From the NCBI GenBank assembly GCA_002793915.1, contig PFEF01000006.1:97368-161367 (forward strand): a DNA stretch of 64,000 nucleotides. Reading direction: 5' to 3'. The DNA is from Candidatus Ryanbacteria bacterium CG10_big_fil_rev_8_21_14_0_10_43_42 (GTDB taxonomy: Bacteria; Patescibacteriota; Minisyncoccia; Ryanbacterales; 2-02-FULL-48-12). The notes beneath the pieces were generated by a model. That model saw only the letters and a program-made list of their open reading frames with translations. It searched no databases and was not told the origin of the DNA. A program made the translations under genes and the position numbers. Shown here one piece after another: positions 19,986 through 30,455 of this stretch. Within the stretch, counting starts at the first letter, position 1. Each line of letters begins with the position of its first letter.

Positions 19986-20186
19986 ATGAAAACTCTAAAA
20001 TGTGATATGTGCGACCATGAAGCACAGGGCGAAACGTTTGGGGAGTGGATGAATAATCTCAAGCCACATTATACCGAGGCGCATGCTGAAGTTATGAAGG
20101 GAAAGGCAGATCTAACTCCCGAACAACAAAAGACGGAAATGCAGAAGTGGATGGACGAGAACAAGGCAAGATTCGAAGCCGCGTAG
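19986..20186 (+). CDS. Small metal-binding hypothetical protein (DUF1059-like)
   Basis: MKTLKCDMC...HYTEAH ligand pattern; A-rich leader. Confidence 0.65.
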   Translation: MKTLKCDMCDHEAQGETFGEWMNNLKPHYTEAHAEVMKGKADLTPEQQKTEMQKWMDENKARFEAA

Positions 20187-20487
20187 TTTTGCCGCACAAA
20201 CATCGCCGAAGCCACAGAGCGAACACGAAGCAAACACCGAGCTCCATTTAGTAAATACCCGGAAAAGTCCTTATTTTAAATCATGTCATGCCTCTTTTGA
20301 TCCTCTATATCACTAGATTGATATAGTAAAAATGCTTGATTTATCAGTGGATACTAGGCCAGTTTTTTAGGGCTGATTATGTCGGCTTTTTGCACCAAGT
20401 CGTAATACAAATATCCTTATTGCACTTTTTGTGGATATCTGGTAATATGGGAATACGTGTTTCAACTTAGACAAAACAAGTAAAACT

Positions 20488-21651
20488 ATGGAGAACAAAG
20501 CACAGCAAAATGACAAATTTATGGCAGGTACTCACAAAAAGCACTTCTGGGGTAAGGATTATGAATACCAGAGTTTTTTGCCGTCTCCGGTAAATCATCC
20601 CTACGAGTGGCAAGATAAAAGAATTCCTGTTCTCCTTGAAGAGGCAATTAGACTTGTCGGAGAATTAAATGCTTATTCCATCCTTGTGCCGGATGTAGAT
20701 TTTTTCATTCAAATGCATGTGCGCAATGAAGCGGTAAAATCCAGTCGCATTGAAGGCACTCGCACTGGTATGGATGAAGCTGTTTTGCCGGAAGAAGAAA
20801 TCTCTCCGGAAAAAAGAGATGACTGGACTGAGGTACAAAATTATATTGCCGCAATGAATAAGAGTATTGCCCGATTGAATGAGCTCCCGATCTCGATGAG
20901 GCTTTTACAAGAAGCTCATAAGATTTTATTGTCCGGCGTTCGTGGTGAACACAAACAACCGGGAGAAGTTCGCACCGCACAAAATTGGATTGGCGGCACA
21001 AGTATTCAGACCGCCGCTTTTATTCCACCCCATCCGGAAGATATGGGAGAGGCCTTAAAGGACCTTGAATTTTTTTGGCATAACAAAGGATTGAATATGC
21101 CCCACTTAATCAAGATGGCTATTTCGCATTATCAGTTTGAGACGATTCACCCGTTCAATGACGGCAACGGGAGAATTGGCCGTATGCTCATCGGGCTTCA
21201 TCTCATCGAGCTTGGAATTTTGCGAAAACCAACCCTGTATCTTTCGGACTTCTTTGAAAGAAATAAAGGTGCGTATTATGACGCGCTTACTTTTGTGCGA
21301 GAGAGGAATGATCTGGATCAATGGATAGTCTTTTTCCTCTCGGCAGTTATTGAGACGGCCAAAAAAGGCAAAGATACGTTCGAGAAAATTATCGATCTGC
21401 GTGCTCGCTACGAGAAACAAACTATGGAGCTCGGACGCCGGGCAAAACTGGCTCATAAACTTTTATTACAGTCATTTTCCATGCCTGCTTTTAAAGTTTC
21501 TGATGCATCAAAGTATCTTAACGCTTCAAACACGGCGACCAACACCCTTGTCGGCGAAATGGAGCGCGTTGGTATTCTTAAGGAAATTACCGGTTTTTCC
21601 CGTAACCGGATTTTTGTCCTGCACGAGTATCTGGAACTTTTTAAGAGATAA
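20488..21651 (+). CDS. Fic-family protein with N-terminal inhibitory motif and C-terminal HTH
   Basis: [12 protein letters not shown] Fic motif, SSRIEG inhibitory motif, [11 protein letters not shown] tail. Confidence 0.93.
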   Translation: MENKAQQNDKFMAGTHKKHFWGKDYEYQSFLPSPVNHPYEWQDKRIPVLLEEAIRLVGELNAYSILVPDVDFFIQMHVRNEAVKSSRIEGTRTGMDEAVLPEEEISPEKRDDWTEVQNYIAAMNKSIARLNELPISMRLLQEAHKILLSGVRGEHKQPGEVRTAQNWIGGTSIQTAAFIPPHPEDMGEALKDLEFFWHNKGLNMPHLIKMAISHYQFETIHPFNDGNGRIGRMLIGLHLIELGILRKPTLYLSDFFERNKGAYYDALTFVRERNDLDQWIVFFLSAVIETAKKGKDTFEKIIDLRARYEKQTMELGRRAKLAHKLLLQSFSMPAFKVSDASKYLNASNTATNTLVGEMERVGILKEITGFSRNRIFVLHEYLELFKR

Positions 21652-21850
21652 AGCTATGAAAAAGGAAATCGCCACAACAACTAAACAGGAAAGCTACTAC
21701 AGATTTGGATTTGTGGGATTAGGATTTAGTGTCAGCCACTATTGAATTTAATTCCCGTCAGGTCCACCCTGTTTTGATAAAATCAACTTTATGTTATATT
21801 ATCTAAACGATTGACAGTCAGGTGAGGAGAGTCAATTTCTCCAAAAACTT

Positions 21851-21883
21851 AAAACAGTCCCGTGGAATCCACGGGGCTGTTTT
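21851..21883. terminator. Intrinsic terminator-like hairpin
   Basis: AAAACAGTCCCGTGG-aat-CCACGGGGCTGTTTT. Confidence 0.7.
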
Positions 21884-22002
21884 TATTGGGCACACAGAAA
21901 AACTAAAAGGAAAGCCGGCCATCCTTCTATTTTTGCCTCTGGTTCCGTATTCTGTCGCACGGGCGTATTTCTTCATATACGATATTCTGGTACATTTAAG
22001 AT

Positions 22003-22527
22003 ATGAAAATAGTTGTAGCTTCTCAAAATCCGGTTAAAGTAGAATCCGTAAAACGCGCTTTTGAAAGCATGTTTCCGGAAGAAGTGTTTGAAATAGCCGG
22101 CACTCCTGCTGTGTCCGGTGTACGTGATCAGCCGTGCAGTGATAAAGAAACATTGGAGGGCGCGTATAATAGAGTGGCACACGTTGTAAAAATGACGGAT
22201 GCGGATTTTTGGGTTGGTTTAGAGGGCGGAATAGAAGATAAGGGCACCGAAATGGAAGCATTTGCGTGGGTGGTAGTGAAGGCAAAAGATAATAAAATAG
22301 GGAAAGGCCGGACGGGTGTATATATTTTGCCCCCGAGAGTAGCGGAGCTTATTCGGCAAGGGAAAGAATTGGGAGAAGCAGATGATATTGTATTTAAGAG
22401 AACAAATTCGAAACAAGAAAACGGCTCGGTGGGTATTCTAACGGCGGACAGCATAGACAGAACGAAGTATTATACGGCCGCCGCCATACTTGCCCTTATT
22501 CCTTTTAAGAATAAAGAGTTATATTAA
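22003..22527 (+). CDS. yjjX: Inosine/xanthosine triphosphatase (DUF84)
   Basis: ASQNPVK, SGVRDQP, VGLEGG, GKELG, KQENGSVGILT. Confidence 0.92.
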   Translation: MKIVVASQNPVKVESVKRAFESMFPEEVFEIAGTPAVSGVRDQPCSDKETLEGAYNRVAHVVKMTDADFWVGLEGGIEDKGTEMEAFAWVVVKAKDNKIGKGRTGVYILPPRVAELIRQGKELGEADDIVFKRTNSKQENGSVGILTADSIDRTKYYTAAAILALIPFKNKELY

Positions 22528-22697
22528 ATTCTATCGATACGGGAATTCTTGAGCTTATTTATAAAGAATATATGTTTTTAAAGCGCAACGAGTCAGCTTT
22601 GGCGGAATGGTATACATTTTACACACAGTCTGGTACTATGGGCAGTAATACATGTAATTATGTATAAGGGAATATTAGATTTAGTAGCTATATTATA

Positions 22698-23384
22698 ATG
22701 GATAATACACATATGGACGATGCAAACACACAAGAAAGTATGGAGGAAAACATATCATCTTCGGCTAAAGATATGTCGAGCCAGGTAAATATAACAATGA
22801 AGAAATCCAAGCTGGTTTATATTATAATCGCAGGCGTGATCGTTCTTATTCTTGTCGGACTGTTCTTCGCTAAAAGTCTTTTTGTAGCGGCAACGGTAAA
22901 CGGTAGTCCGATAAGTCGTTTTTCCGTTATTAGCGAGCTTGAAAAACAAAGTGGTGCGCAGGTGCTTGGAGCCATAATAGATCAAAAGCTTATTAAGGCC
23001 GAACTTGATAATCAGGGTGTAAGCGTGGCGGAGGAAGAGATAGATGCGGAAATTAAAAAAATTGAAGAACAAATTGCAAGCCAGGGCGGAGAACTAAGTC
23101 AGATTCTCGCCGCGCAAGGCGTTACAGAAACGGAACTTCGTGAACAGATTAGTATCCAGAAACGATTGGAAAAAATATTAGCAGATAAAATTGTTGTTTC
23201 AGATGAGGAGGTAAATGCGTATATCACGGATAACGCCATTACTCTTCCGGAGGGAATGACAATGGAGGTGTTTGTCGGACAGATTAAAGAGCAGTTAAAA
23301 AATCAGAAATTTCAGCAGGAAGCAGGGCAATGGGTATCTGATGTAACGGCAAGTGCGGACATCAAATATTATATCGAATATTAA
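22698..23384 (+). CDS. SurA/PrsA N-terminal-domain membrane-anchored chaperone-like protein
   Basis: TM helix followed by AATVNGSPI, VAEEEIDAEI, VSDEEV; no PPIase domain evident. Confidence 0.75.
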   Translation: MDNTHMDDANTQESMEENISSSAKDMSSQVNITMKKSKLVYIIIAGVIVLILVGLFFAKSLFVAATVNGSPISRFSVISELEKQSGAQVLGAIIDQKLIKAELDNQGVSVAEEEIDAEIKKIEEQIASQGGELSQILAAQGVTETELREQISIQKRLEKILADKIVVSDEEVNAYITDNAITLPEGMTMEVFVGQIKEQLKNQKFQQEAGQWVSDVTASADIKYYIEY

Positions 23385-23428
23385 ACAAATAAAATAAGCA
23401 TGTTTCTTGGAATGAGTAAGTACTGCAG

Positions 23429-23455
23429 AATAAACCGCCTTATTGGCGGTTTATT
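23429..23455. terminator. Terminator-like perfect hairpin
   Basis: AATAAACCGCC-ttatt-GGCGGTTTATT. Confidence 0.65.
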
Positions 23456-23494
23456 GTTGTTATGGAAAAATTGATAATTTATAATGGCGTATAT

Positions 23495-24511
23495 ATGGAA
23501 TCTGTAAAAAATACCGATAAAAATATACACGCCGTCTTTGAAGGGGGCGGCGTAAAAGGGACGGGACTTGTAGGGGCCGTGCAGGTAACGGAGGATCACG
23601 GATATATATTTGACCGTGTCGCGGGTACTTCGGCGGGTGCTATTATAGCCGCTCTTATAGCGGCCGGTTATACGGCAAGCGAAATGAAAGAAATTATGTT
23701 TGCATTGGATTATAGGAAGTTTAAAGATAAGGGACTGGGAGACAGTATACCGCTTGTAGGACCTCTTGCGAGTTTGCTTATTACAAAAGGTATTTATGAA
23801 GGAGATTATTTTGAAAACTGGTTAAGAGATTTGCTCTTACAAAAGAATATCAGAACTTTCAAGGATCTTTTGATTGATGAAAACATCAAAGACTCGACGT
23901 ACAGATACAAGCTTCAGGTCATAGCGTCGGATGTTTCGCGCGGAAGACTTATTACACTTCCGCATGACGTGAGCGAATATGGTTTTGTACCCAATGATTT
24001 TGATGTTGCAAGAGCTGTTAGAATGAGTATGAGCATTCCTTTTTTCTATAAGCCGGTTATCATGAAAAATGCAAAAGGGGACGCTTCATTCATTGTAGAC
24101 GGAGGAATTTTAAGTAATTATCCCGTTGGAATTTTTGATCCCGTGGGAAATACGAGTCCTCTCTGGCCAACATTCGGCTATAAACTGGTGGAACCGGATG
24201 AATATAAGCCACACAATATCAACGGTCCGGTAAGCCTTTTAGCGGCACTGTTTTCGACCATGATGGAGGCGCATGATGCAAGATATATTAAGGATACGAA
24301 TTTCCAGCGTACGATACCCATAGAAACGCTGGGTGTCCAAACCACCGATTTTGATACGACCATAGAGAAAAAACAGGAGCTTTATGAAAGCGGAAAAAAG
24401 GCCGCAGAGGAATTTTTCCAAAAGTGGAACTTTGAAGAATACAATCAAAAGCGTGGAAAAGGAGAAAGCCGCAGACAGCAAGTTTGGAAATCGAAAGAAG
24501 AGGCGGGATGA
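23495..24511 (+). CDS. Patatin-like phospholipase
   Basis: GGGVKG, GTSAG nucleophile elbow, [12 protein letters not shown]. Confidence 0.93.
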   Translation: MESVKNTDKNIHAVFEGGGVKGTGLVGAVQVTEDHGYIFDRVAGTSAGAIIAALIAAGYTASEMKEIMFALDYRKFKDKGLGDSIPLVGPLASLLITKGIYEGDYFENWLRDLLLQKNIRTFKDLLIDENIKDSTYRYKLQVIASDVSRGRLITLPHDVSEYGFVPNDFDVARAVRMSMSIPFFYKPVIMKNAKGDASFIVDGGILSNYPVGIFDPVGNTSPLWPTFGYKLVEPDEYKPHNINGPVSLLAALFSTMMEAHDARYIKDTNFQRTIPIETLGVQTTDFDTTIEKKQELYESGKKAAEEFFQKWNFEEYNQKRGKGESRRQQVWKSKEEAG

Positions 24512-24558
24512 TTATTAATTGATTTATCTCTGCTTTTTGTATATACTGTACCCACAGT

Positions 24559-27432
24559 ATGGCAAAAAAAGCATCAAAAAAGAGTACGTCACGCAAAAAG
24601 AGCGTATTGTCGAAGGCAGAACTACCCCCCCTCGGCAATGCCCATGCTATACAGGTGCGTGGCGCACGTGCGCACAATTTGAAAAATGTCTCTGTTGATA
24701 TTCCGCGTGATAAATTTGTTGTTATTACGGGACTTTCCGGATCAGGGAAATCATCGCTTGCTTTCGACACCGTTTATGCCGAAGCCGAACGACGGTTTGT
24801 TGAATCTCTTTCTGCGTATGCGCGTCAGTTCTTGGGTGTAAAAGAAAAGCCGGATGTGGATTCCATAGAAGGCCTTTCACCCGCTATTGCCATTGATCAA
24901 AAAAGTGTTTCGCGTAATCCGCGTTCTACCGTAGGCACCATCACGGAGATTTATGATTATCTGCGTATCTTATATGCGCGTATTGGTATTCCGCATTGTC
25001 CGGAGTGCGGAAAACCCGTTCGCCGGCAAAGCGTGGATGAAATTATCGCCCGTATTCTTTCCATGCCGGTCCGTACACAGGCGATATTATTAGCTCCCAT
25101 TGTGCGCGGCCGCAAAGGAGAGCATAAGGGGGTGCTTGAAGAAATACAAAAGAAAGGATTTGCCCGCGTGCGGATTGATGGTGTCGTGATACGAACGGAG
25201 GAAGCGGTGGATAAAGCGCTTGATCCGAAAAGAAAACATAGTATTGAGGTTGTGGTGGATCGTATTGTGGTGGACGATGGACTGGATCGTCCGCGTCTTG
25301 CTGATTCATTGGAGACTGCCCTTAAAATAGGAAAAGGTATTGCGGCGGTGGATACCGGAAAAGAGGAACTTATGTTCTCGGAACATTTTGCATGTCCCGA
25401 TTGCGGTGTTTCGTTGCCGGAATTGGAGCCGCGGCTTTTTTCGTTTAACAGTCCGTATGGTGCTTGTCCGGCATGTACCGGCATTGGACATACGCTTGAA
25501 ATTGATGCCGATTTAGTATTTCCCAATAAGACACTCACGCTTGCGGAAGGTGCAATACAGCCGTGGGCGAAAGCATCGCATAGGGTGGGGCGCCAGTCAT
25601 GGTATTGGTGGATGCTGGAAGATGTAAGCGAGCGGCATAAATTTTCTTTGCATACTCCTATAAAAGATCTCCCAAAGTCGGCGGTGAATGTTATTTTAAA
25701 TGGCGACGACACCGATTCGAAAGAAGGAAAACAGGGGTTTGAGGGTGTGATTTCGAACTTAAAGCGGAGGTGGAAAGAAACAGATTCGGAATGGACGCGT
25801 GCCGAAATTGAAAAATATATGCGTTCGCAGGTATGTCCGGCATGTAATGGAGCACGCCTTAAGCCGGAATCGTTGGGAGTTAAAATTAATAAGAAAAATA
25901 TTGCAGATATTGGCCGCATGGACGTGCAATCCGCGGCACCGTTTTTTGAAGATATTCTTGAGCAGTCATCTTTCGAGCAGAAAAAGATTACACGTCCTCT
26001 TGTTAAAGAAATTGTGGGTCGTCTTACGTTTCTTATTGATGTTGGTCTTGAATACGTTACCCTTGATAGGGAATCCACAACTCTTTCGGGCGGAGAAGCG
26101 CAACGCGTGCGTCTTGCCACGCAGATAGGATCCCGTCTTACGGGAGTTACTTATGTATTGGATGAGCCCTCTATCGGACTTCATCCGCGGGACCACGGAC
26201 GTCTTATCGAAACACTCAAAAAATTACGAGATTTAGGAAATACTATTCTGGTGGTTGAGCATGATCGTGAGACAATGCAGGAAGCCGATTGGATTATTGA
26301 TCTGGGTCCGGGTGCCGGAAAGCATGGGGGTATGATAATTTTTGAGGGTACGGCAGAGGAGCTTTTGAAGGCATCAACGCTTACCGGGCATTATCTTTCT
26401 CATAGAAAACATATAGCGATACCGGTAAGCACGCCACCGAAAAGCAAGAAAACATATCTCACCATAAAGGGAGCTTCGGGGAATAATTTAAAAAACATTA
26501 CAACAAAAATTCCATTGGGTGAATTTGTGTGTATTGCGGGCGTTTCCGGATCCGGTAAAAGTACGCTTGTAAATGATACGCTGGGAAGAGCGCTTATGCA
26601 GTATTTCTATCGTTCAAAGGCGGAACCGTCGCCCCATAAAAGTATAGAGGGACTTGAGCATATCGATAAGGTTGTTATTGTGGATCAGTCTCCTATTGGG
26701 CGTACGCCGCGATCAAATCCGGCAACATACACGGGAGCTTTTTCTTTCATAAGGGAAGCGTTTGCGCGTACAAGAGAGGCACGCTCGCGGGGATATAAAG
26801 CGGGACGATTCAGCTTTAATGTAAAAGGAGGGCGATGTGAAGTATGTGAGGGGCAGGGAGTGCGAAAGATAGAAATGTATTTTCTCCCCGATATTTATAT
26901 CGAGTGCGAAGAATGTCGCGGTAAGCGGTATAACCAAGAAGCGCTTTCCATTTTATATAATGAACGCACGATAGCGGATGTACTTGAAATGCCCATTGAA
27001 GAAGCGTATATATTTTTTAAAGATATTCCGGCAATTGCCTCACGCCTTGAAACGCTTGTTCATGTTGGTTTGGGGTATATGCACCTGGGACAGCCGGCAA
27101 CCACTCTTTCCGGCGGGGAGGCACAGCGTGTAAAATTGGCAACGGAGCTTGCAAAAAAGGCAACGGGAAAAACGTTGTATATTTTGGACGAGCCAACCAC
27201 GGGGCTTCATTTTGAGGATATCAGGCGACTTTTAGAGGTACTGCGCGCCCTTGTGGAAAAGGGAAATAGTGTTCTTGTAATTGAACATAATACGGATGTT
27301 CTTAAAAATGCCGATTGGATTATTGAATTAGGTCCCGAAGGAGGATCCGCGGGAGGGATAATTGTTGCCGAAGGAACACCGAAAGATATCGCAAGTACAA
27401 AGAAATCCCCTACTCAAAAATGGCTTATATAA
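24559..27432 (+). CDS. uvrA: Excinuclease ABC subunit A
   Basis: Two ABC modules ([24 protein letters not shown] twice) and zinc fingers. Confidence 0.99.
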   Translation: MAKKASKKSTSRKKSVLSKAELPPLGNAHAIQVRGARAHNLKNVSVDIPRDKFVVITGLSGSGKSSLAFDTVYAEAERRFVESLSAYARQFLGVKEKPDVDSIEGLSPAIAIDQKSVSRNPRSTVGTITEIYDYLRILYARIGIPHCPECGKPVRRQSVDEIIARILSMPVRTQAILLAPIVRGRKGEHKGVLEEIQKKGFARVRIDGVVIRTEEAVDKALDPKRKHSIEVVVDRIVVDDGLDRPRLADSLETALKIGKGIAAVDTGKEELMFSEHFACPDCGVSLPELEPRLFSFNSPYGACPACTGIGHTLEIDADLVFPNKTLTLAEGAIQPWAKASHRVGRQSWYWWMLEDVSERHKFSLHTPIKDLPKSAVNVILNGDDTDSKEGKQGFEGVISNLKRRWKETDSEWTRAEIEKYMRSQVCPACNGARLKPESLGVKINKKNIADIGRMDVQSAAPFFEDILEQSSFEQKKITRPLVKEIVGRLTFLIDVGLEYVTLDRESTTLSGGEAQRVRLATQIGSRLTGVTYVLDEPSIGLHPRDHGRLIETLKKLRDLGNTILVVEHDRETMQEADWIIDLGPGAGKHGGMIIFEGTAEELLKASTLTGHYLSHRKHIAIPVSTPPKSKKTYLTIKGASGNNLKNITTKIPLGEFVCIAGVSGSGKSTLVNDTLGRALMQYFYRSKAEPSPHKSIEGLEHIDKVVIVDQSPIGRTPRSNPATYTGAFSFIREAFARTREARSRGYKAGRFSFNVKGGRCEVCEGQGVRKIEMYFLPDIYIECEECRGKRYNQEALSILYNERTIADVLEMPIEEAYIFFKDIPAIASRLETLVHVGLGYMHLGQPATTLSGGEAQRVKLATELAKKATGKTLYILDEPTTGLHFEDIRRLLEVLRALVEKGNSVLVIEHNTDVLKNADWIIELGPEGGSAGGIIVAEGTPKDIASTKKSPTQKWLI

Positions 27433-27495
27433 AGAGCTTTTAGTGCTTTAAGGGGGGAAGTTGACCTTTTTTATGGATTATGTTATTATGCGCAC

Positions 27496-28521
27496 ATGGT
27501 ATCAATGCATCCACAAAAGGCGGTAGAAATACTTACGGCGGAATTACCTAAACGATCGGGAGCTGTTCTCGAGAAGCGTTTTGGTTTGGGTAAAACCGGC
27601 AAGCGTCAAACGCTTGAAGCTATTGGAAAAGGGTATGGCATAACACGGGAACGTGTACGCCAGATTGAGCGCGATAGCATAATACGTATTAAAAAGAGTG
27701 CGGCATATAAGGATGTTATGCCGGTGTTTTTTGTATTTGAGGAATATATAACACAGAAGGGAGGTATTGTTGCGGAAGATCAGCTGGTACGCCAGTTTGA
27801 TACGGACGGAAAGTCGCAAAATCATATCGTTTTTTTGCTCACATTAGCACCGGCAATAGATCACAAGCCGGAGAACGATGAACTTGCAAGTCGGTGGATA
27901 ACCAATACTGAAAAAATGACTGCCGTAGAAAACGCTCTTAATGCCGTACATGCCGACATCGAGCAAAGCACAAGTCTTCTTTCGCGTGATGAATTGGTAA
28001 GCAAGGTGCAAAACCATATGGAGGCGCATAATGTATCGGCAGACTCCGATGAGCTTGATCGGTACATTGGTATTTCAAAATGCATCGGAGAGAATTGCTT
28101 TGGTCAGTGGGGACACGCAAGTTCGAGTCTTGTGCGTCCGCGCGGCGTGCGCGATATGGCTTATTTGGTATTTCAGCGGGAAGGGAAGCCTCTTCATTTT
28201 TTGAGTGTGGCAAATCTTATCCGTGATCTTGTAGCGGAACGCAGTGTTCATGCGCAAACAGTGCATAATGAGCTTATTAAAGATAGCCGTTTTGTGTTGG
28301 TGGGGCGCGGTATGTATGGTCTTCGGGAGTGGGGGTACGAACCGGGTACGGTACGGGATATTATTATGCGCATGCTCCGAAAAGATTCGCTTACCAAGGA
28401 AGAAATTGTGGATAAGGTGCTTGATAAACGGCAGGTAAAAGCTAATACCATTCTTATTAATTTGCAAAATAAAAAGTTTTTTAAAAAGCTTTCTGACGGC
28501 CGGTATACGGCGGTGGCATAA
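27496..28521 (+). CDS. Sigma70 region-4 HTH plus HARE-HTH (RNAP delta-like) protein conserved in CPR
   Basis: RFGL...TLEAIG..YGITRERVRQIE; GKPLHF...TVHNELIKDSRFVLVGRGMYGLREW. Confidence 0.8.
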   Translation: MVSMHPQKAVEILTAELPKRSGAVLEKRFGLGKTGKRQTLEAIGKGYGITRERVRQIERDSIIRIKKSAAYKDVMPVFFVFEEYITQKGGIVAEDQLVRQFDTDGKSQNHIVFLLTLAPAIDHKPENDELASRWITNTEKMTAVENALNAVHADIEQSTSLLSRDELVSKVQNHMEAHNVSADSDELDRYIGISKCIGENCFGQWGHASSSLVRPRGVRDMAYLVFQREGKPLHFLSVANLIRDLVAERSVHAQTVHNELIKDSRFVLVGRGMYGLREWGYEPGTVRDIIMRMLRKDSLTKEEIVDKVLDKRQVKANTILINLQNKKFFKKLSDGRYTAVA

Positions 28522-28618
28522 AGAACAATGTCGATATCTTATTGGTTTGGCGGGCGCCTTTCATGATATACTTATCATGCAGGGAGGGAAACTCATAAGA
28601 TAACGATGTGCGTGTATT

Positions 28619-29899
28619 GTGGAAACTCAATTGACAATTTCTCTTTTTAAGGCGGCGGTAACTACATGGTTCATTTGGTTGCCTGTTTTGTCGTTCCTTG
28701 TTCTTGTGGTTACATGGCTTGATTATAAGCGCACGATATTTATTGCCGATGTTGAGTACGTTTTTTTGGAGGTACGCGTGCCTCGTGAAATTAGGCGCGG
28801 ACCCAAGGCAATGGAGCAGTTATTTACCTCTATTTACAGTATTCTTAACTCTACGGTTCCGAGCCATATTATTGACGGTCTTTTATATGGAGAGATAGCG
28901 CTTACTATGTCGTTTGAAATTGTTTCCATTGGCGGAGAAGTACATTTTTTTATTAAGACGCCTAAGAAATTTAAAAATATTCTCGAAGCAAATTTGTTTG
29001 GATGTTATGCCGATCTGGAAATTGCCGTGGTTCCCGATTACACCGAGCGTATGCCGAGTACGTATGCCGACCTTGCCGAAAATAATTATGAGTTGTGGGG
29101 ATCGGAGCTTGTCTTGATGACGGACGATGTTTATCCCATTCGTACATATGTGGAGTTTGAATCCATGGATGAATATGCTCAGTTGGATCCCATTGCCACG
29201 CTCGTTGAAATGTTGAGTAAGTTGCAGGTGGAAGAGGAGCTTTGGATACAGTTTATTATTGTTCCGGCGGGTATGGAATGGCGCGCAAAAGGGCAAAAAG
29301 TGGTTGAAGGGTTGCGTACTCAGTCAAGCAAAACAACTATAATAGGAGGAGAGAGTACGGTATCCATGGTGGATAGAACACCCGGACAAACAGATATTAT
29401 AAAAGCAATAGAGCGTAATATTTCAAAGCCGGGATATTATACCGTTATTCGCTATGTTTATATAGCACCTAAAAGTATCTACAATAAGGATCTTGCACGA
29501 ACCGGTATCCCAAGCGCGTTTAATCAGTATCAAGCACAAACACTAAATGCCTTTCGGCATGATTTTAGTGTACGCACGCAAACAATATGGCATAAGCATC
29601 CTTATTTTTTCCCCACCTGGCGGCTTTTACAAAGACGAAAGTCTATTTACGATTCATTTATAAAGCGTTCATTTCCGGAAGCGCCATTCTTTAAGCAATT
29701 ATTCACCGGACAAACACTGTCGGCGGATATTCCCATTTTTAACACAGAAGAACTGGCAACGTTGTATCATTATCCAACAGATATTGTTCTTACCGCGCCG
29801 TCAATGAAGCGCGTGGAGTCGAAGAAGGTGGGTCCTCCCGCGGGACTTCCTATTTTTCAGGAAACGGGAGATAGTATTCAGGGTTTTAAGAATAAATAA
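28619..29899 (+). CDS. Conserved membrane-anchored hypothetical protein, partner of the VirD4-like ATPase
   Basis: N-terminal TM, LEVRVPRE..RGPKAMEQ, SFEI, YPIRTY.EF, FNTEELATLYHYP, a pattern typical of CPR genes upstream of these ATPases. Confidence 0.65.
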   Translation: METQLTISLFKAAVTTWFIWLPVLSFLVLVVTWLDYKRTIFIADVEYVFLEVRVPREIRRGPKAMEQLFTSIYSILNSTVPSHIIDGLLYGEIALTMSFEIVSIGGEVHFFIKTPKKFKNILEANLFGCYADLEIAVVPDYTERMPSTYADLAENNYELWGSELVLMTDDVYPIRTYVEFESMDEYAQLDPIATLVEMLSKLQVEEELWIQFIIVPAGMEWRAKGQKVVEGLRTQSSKTTIIGGESTVSMVDRTPGQTDIIKAIERNISKPGYYTVIRYVYIAPKSIYNKDLARTGIPSAFNQYQAQTLNAFRHDFSVRTQTIWHKHPYFFPTWRLLQRRKSIYDSFIKRSFPEAPFFKQLFTGQTLSADIPIFNTEELATLYHYPTDIVLTAPSMKRVESKKVGPPAGLPIFQETGDSIQGFKNK

Positions 29900-29908
29900 A
29901 GAAACGAT

Positions 29909-30424
29909 ATGGATGGATCGGTGTCATATACCATACTTGCTGTCATAAAATCACTTGCGCTTCTTATTACGTTATTTTCATGGGTAATGATTGTTTATGC
30001 TATTATGAAAAAGCGGGAATTTATGGAAGCTCGTCCCGGAGACATGCTGGCGAAGAATACGGAACCAAAAAAAGATCCCGATTTACAGAATAATATTCGT
30101 ACCCAAAAAATTGCCCGCGAAGGATGGACGCGTATCACCGGCAAGATAGATGCAACAGAACAAAAAGATTTTAAATCGGCAATTATTGAAGCGGATGCAT
30201 TGGTTGATGCCGTACTAAAAGCGTATAATTATTCGGGTGAAACCATGGGAGATCGTATGAAATCCATAAAAAAGGATGAACTGCCAAGTCTGGATGATTT
30301 ATGGCAAATACATAAACTGCGCAATACTGTTGCGCACCATCCTACGTACGAAATTACCTCAAAGAGGGGAGAAAGTGCTCTTAAAACATACGAAAAAATA
30401 CTGCGGGAATTGGGGGCAATATAA
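29909..30424 (+). CDS. Hypothetical membrane protein with HEPN/DUF4145-like helical domain
   Basis: TM followed by AIIEADALVD, GETMGDRMK, HKLRNTVAH (RxxxxH). Confidence 0.65.
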   Translation: MDGSVSYTILAVIKSLALLITLFSWVMIVYAIMKKREFMEARPGDMLAKNTEPKKDPDLQNNIRTQKIAREGWTRITGKIDATEQKDFKSAIIEADALVDAVLKAYNYSGETMGDRMKSIKKDELPSLDDLWQIHKLRNTVAHHPTYEITSKRGESALKTYEKILRELGAI

Positions 30425-30455
30425 ATACAAAAACTATGTATACTAATCTTTAAAA

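Larger units (their letters stand above)
13685..21767. mobile_element. Putative genomic islet integrated at tRNA-Ala; no integrase seen
   Basis: 13671-13685 TCCTGTCGGGTCCAC recurs as TCCCGTCAGGTCCAC at 21753-21767 (13/15); cargo is defence-type and visibly AT-richer. Confidence 0.65.

Noticed and set aside
21350-21745. 131-aa ORF overlapping the end of fic
   Set aside because: Mostly an alternate frame of fic; at most a short remnant from about 21656 with no recognisable family.
22698-24511. Patatin as a CBASS effector belonging to the islet
   Set aside because: It lies outside the att-like repeat and no cyclase gene is adjacent.
24957-26120. 387-aa antisense ORF in uvrA and similar long antisense ORFs in pepA, dnaE and atp genes
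   Set aside because: Mirror-frame shadows of conserved genes with no independent motifs.
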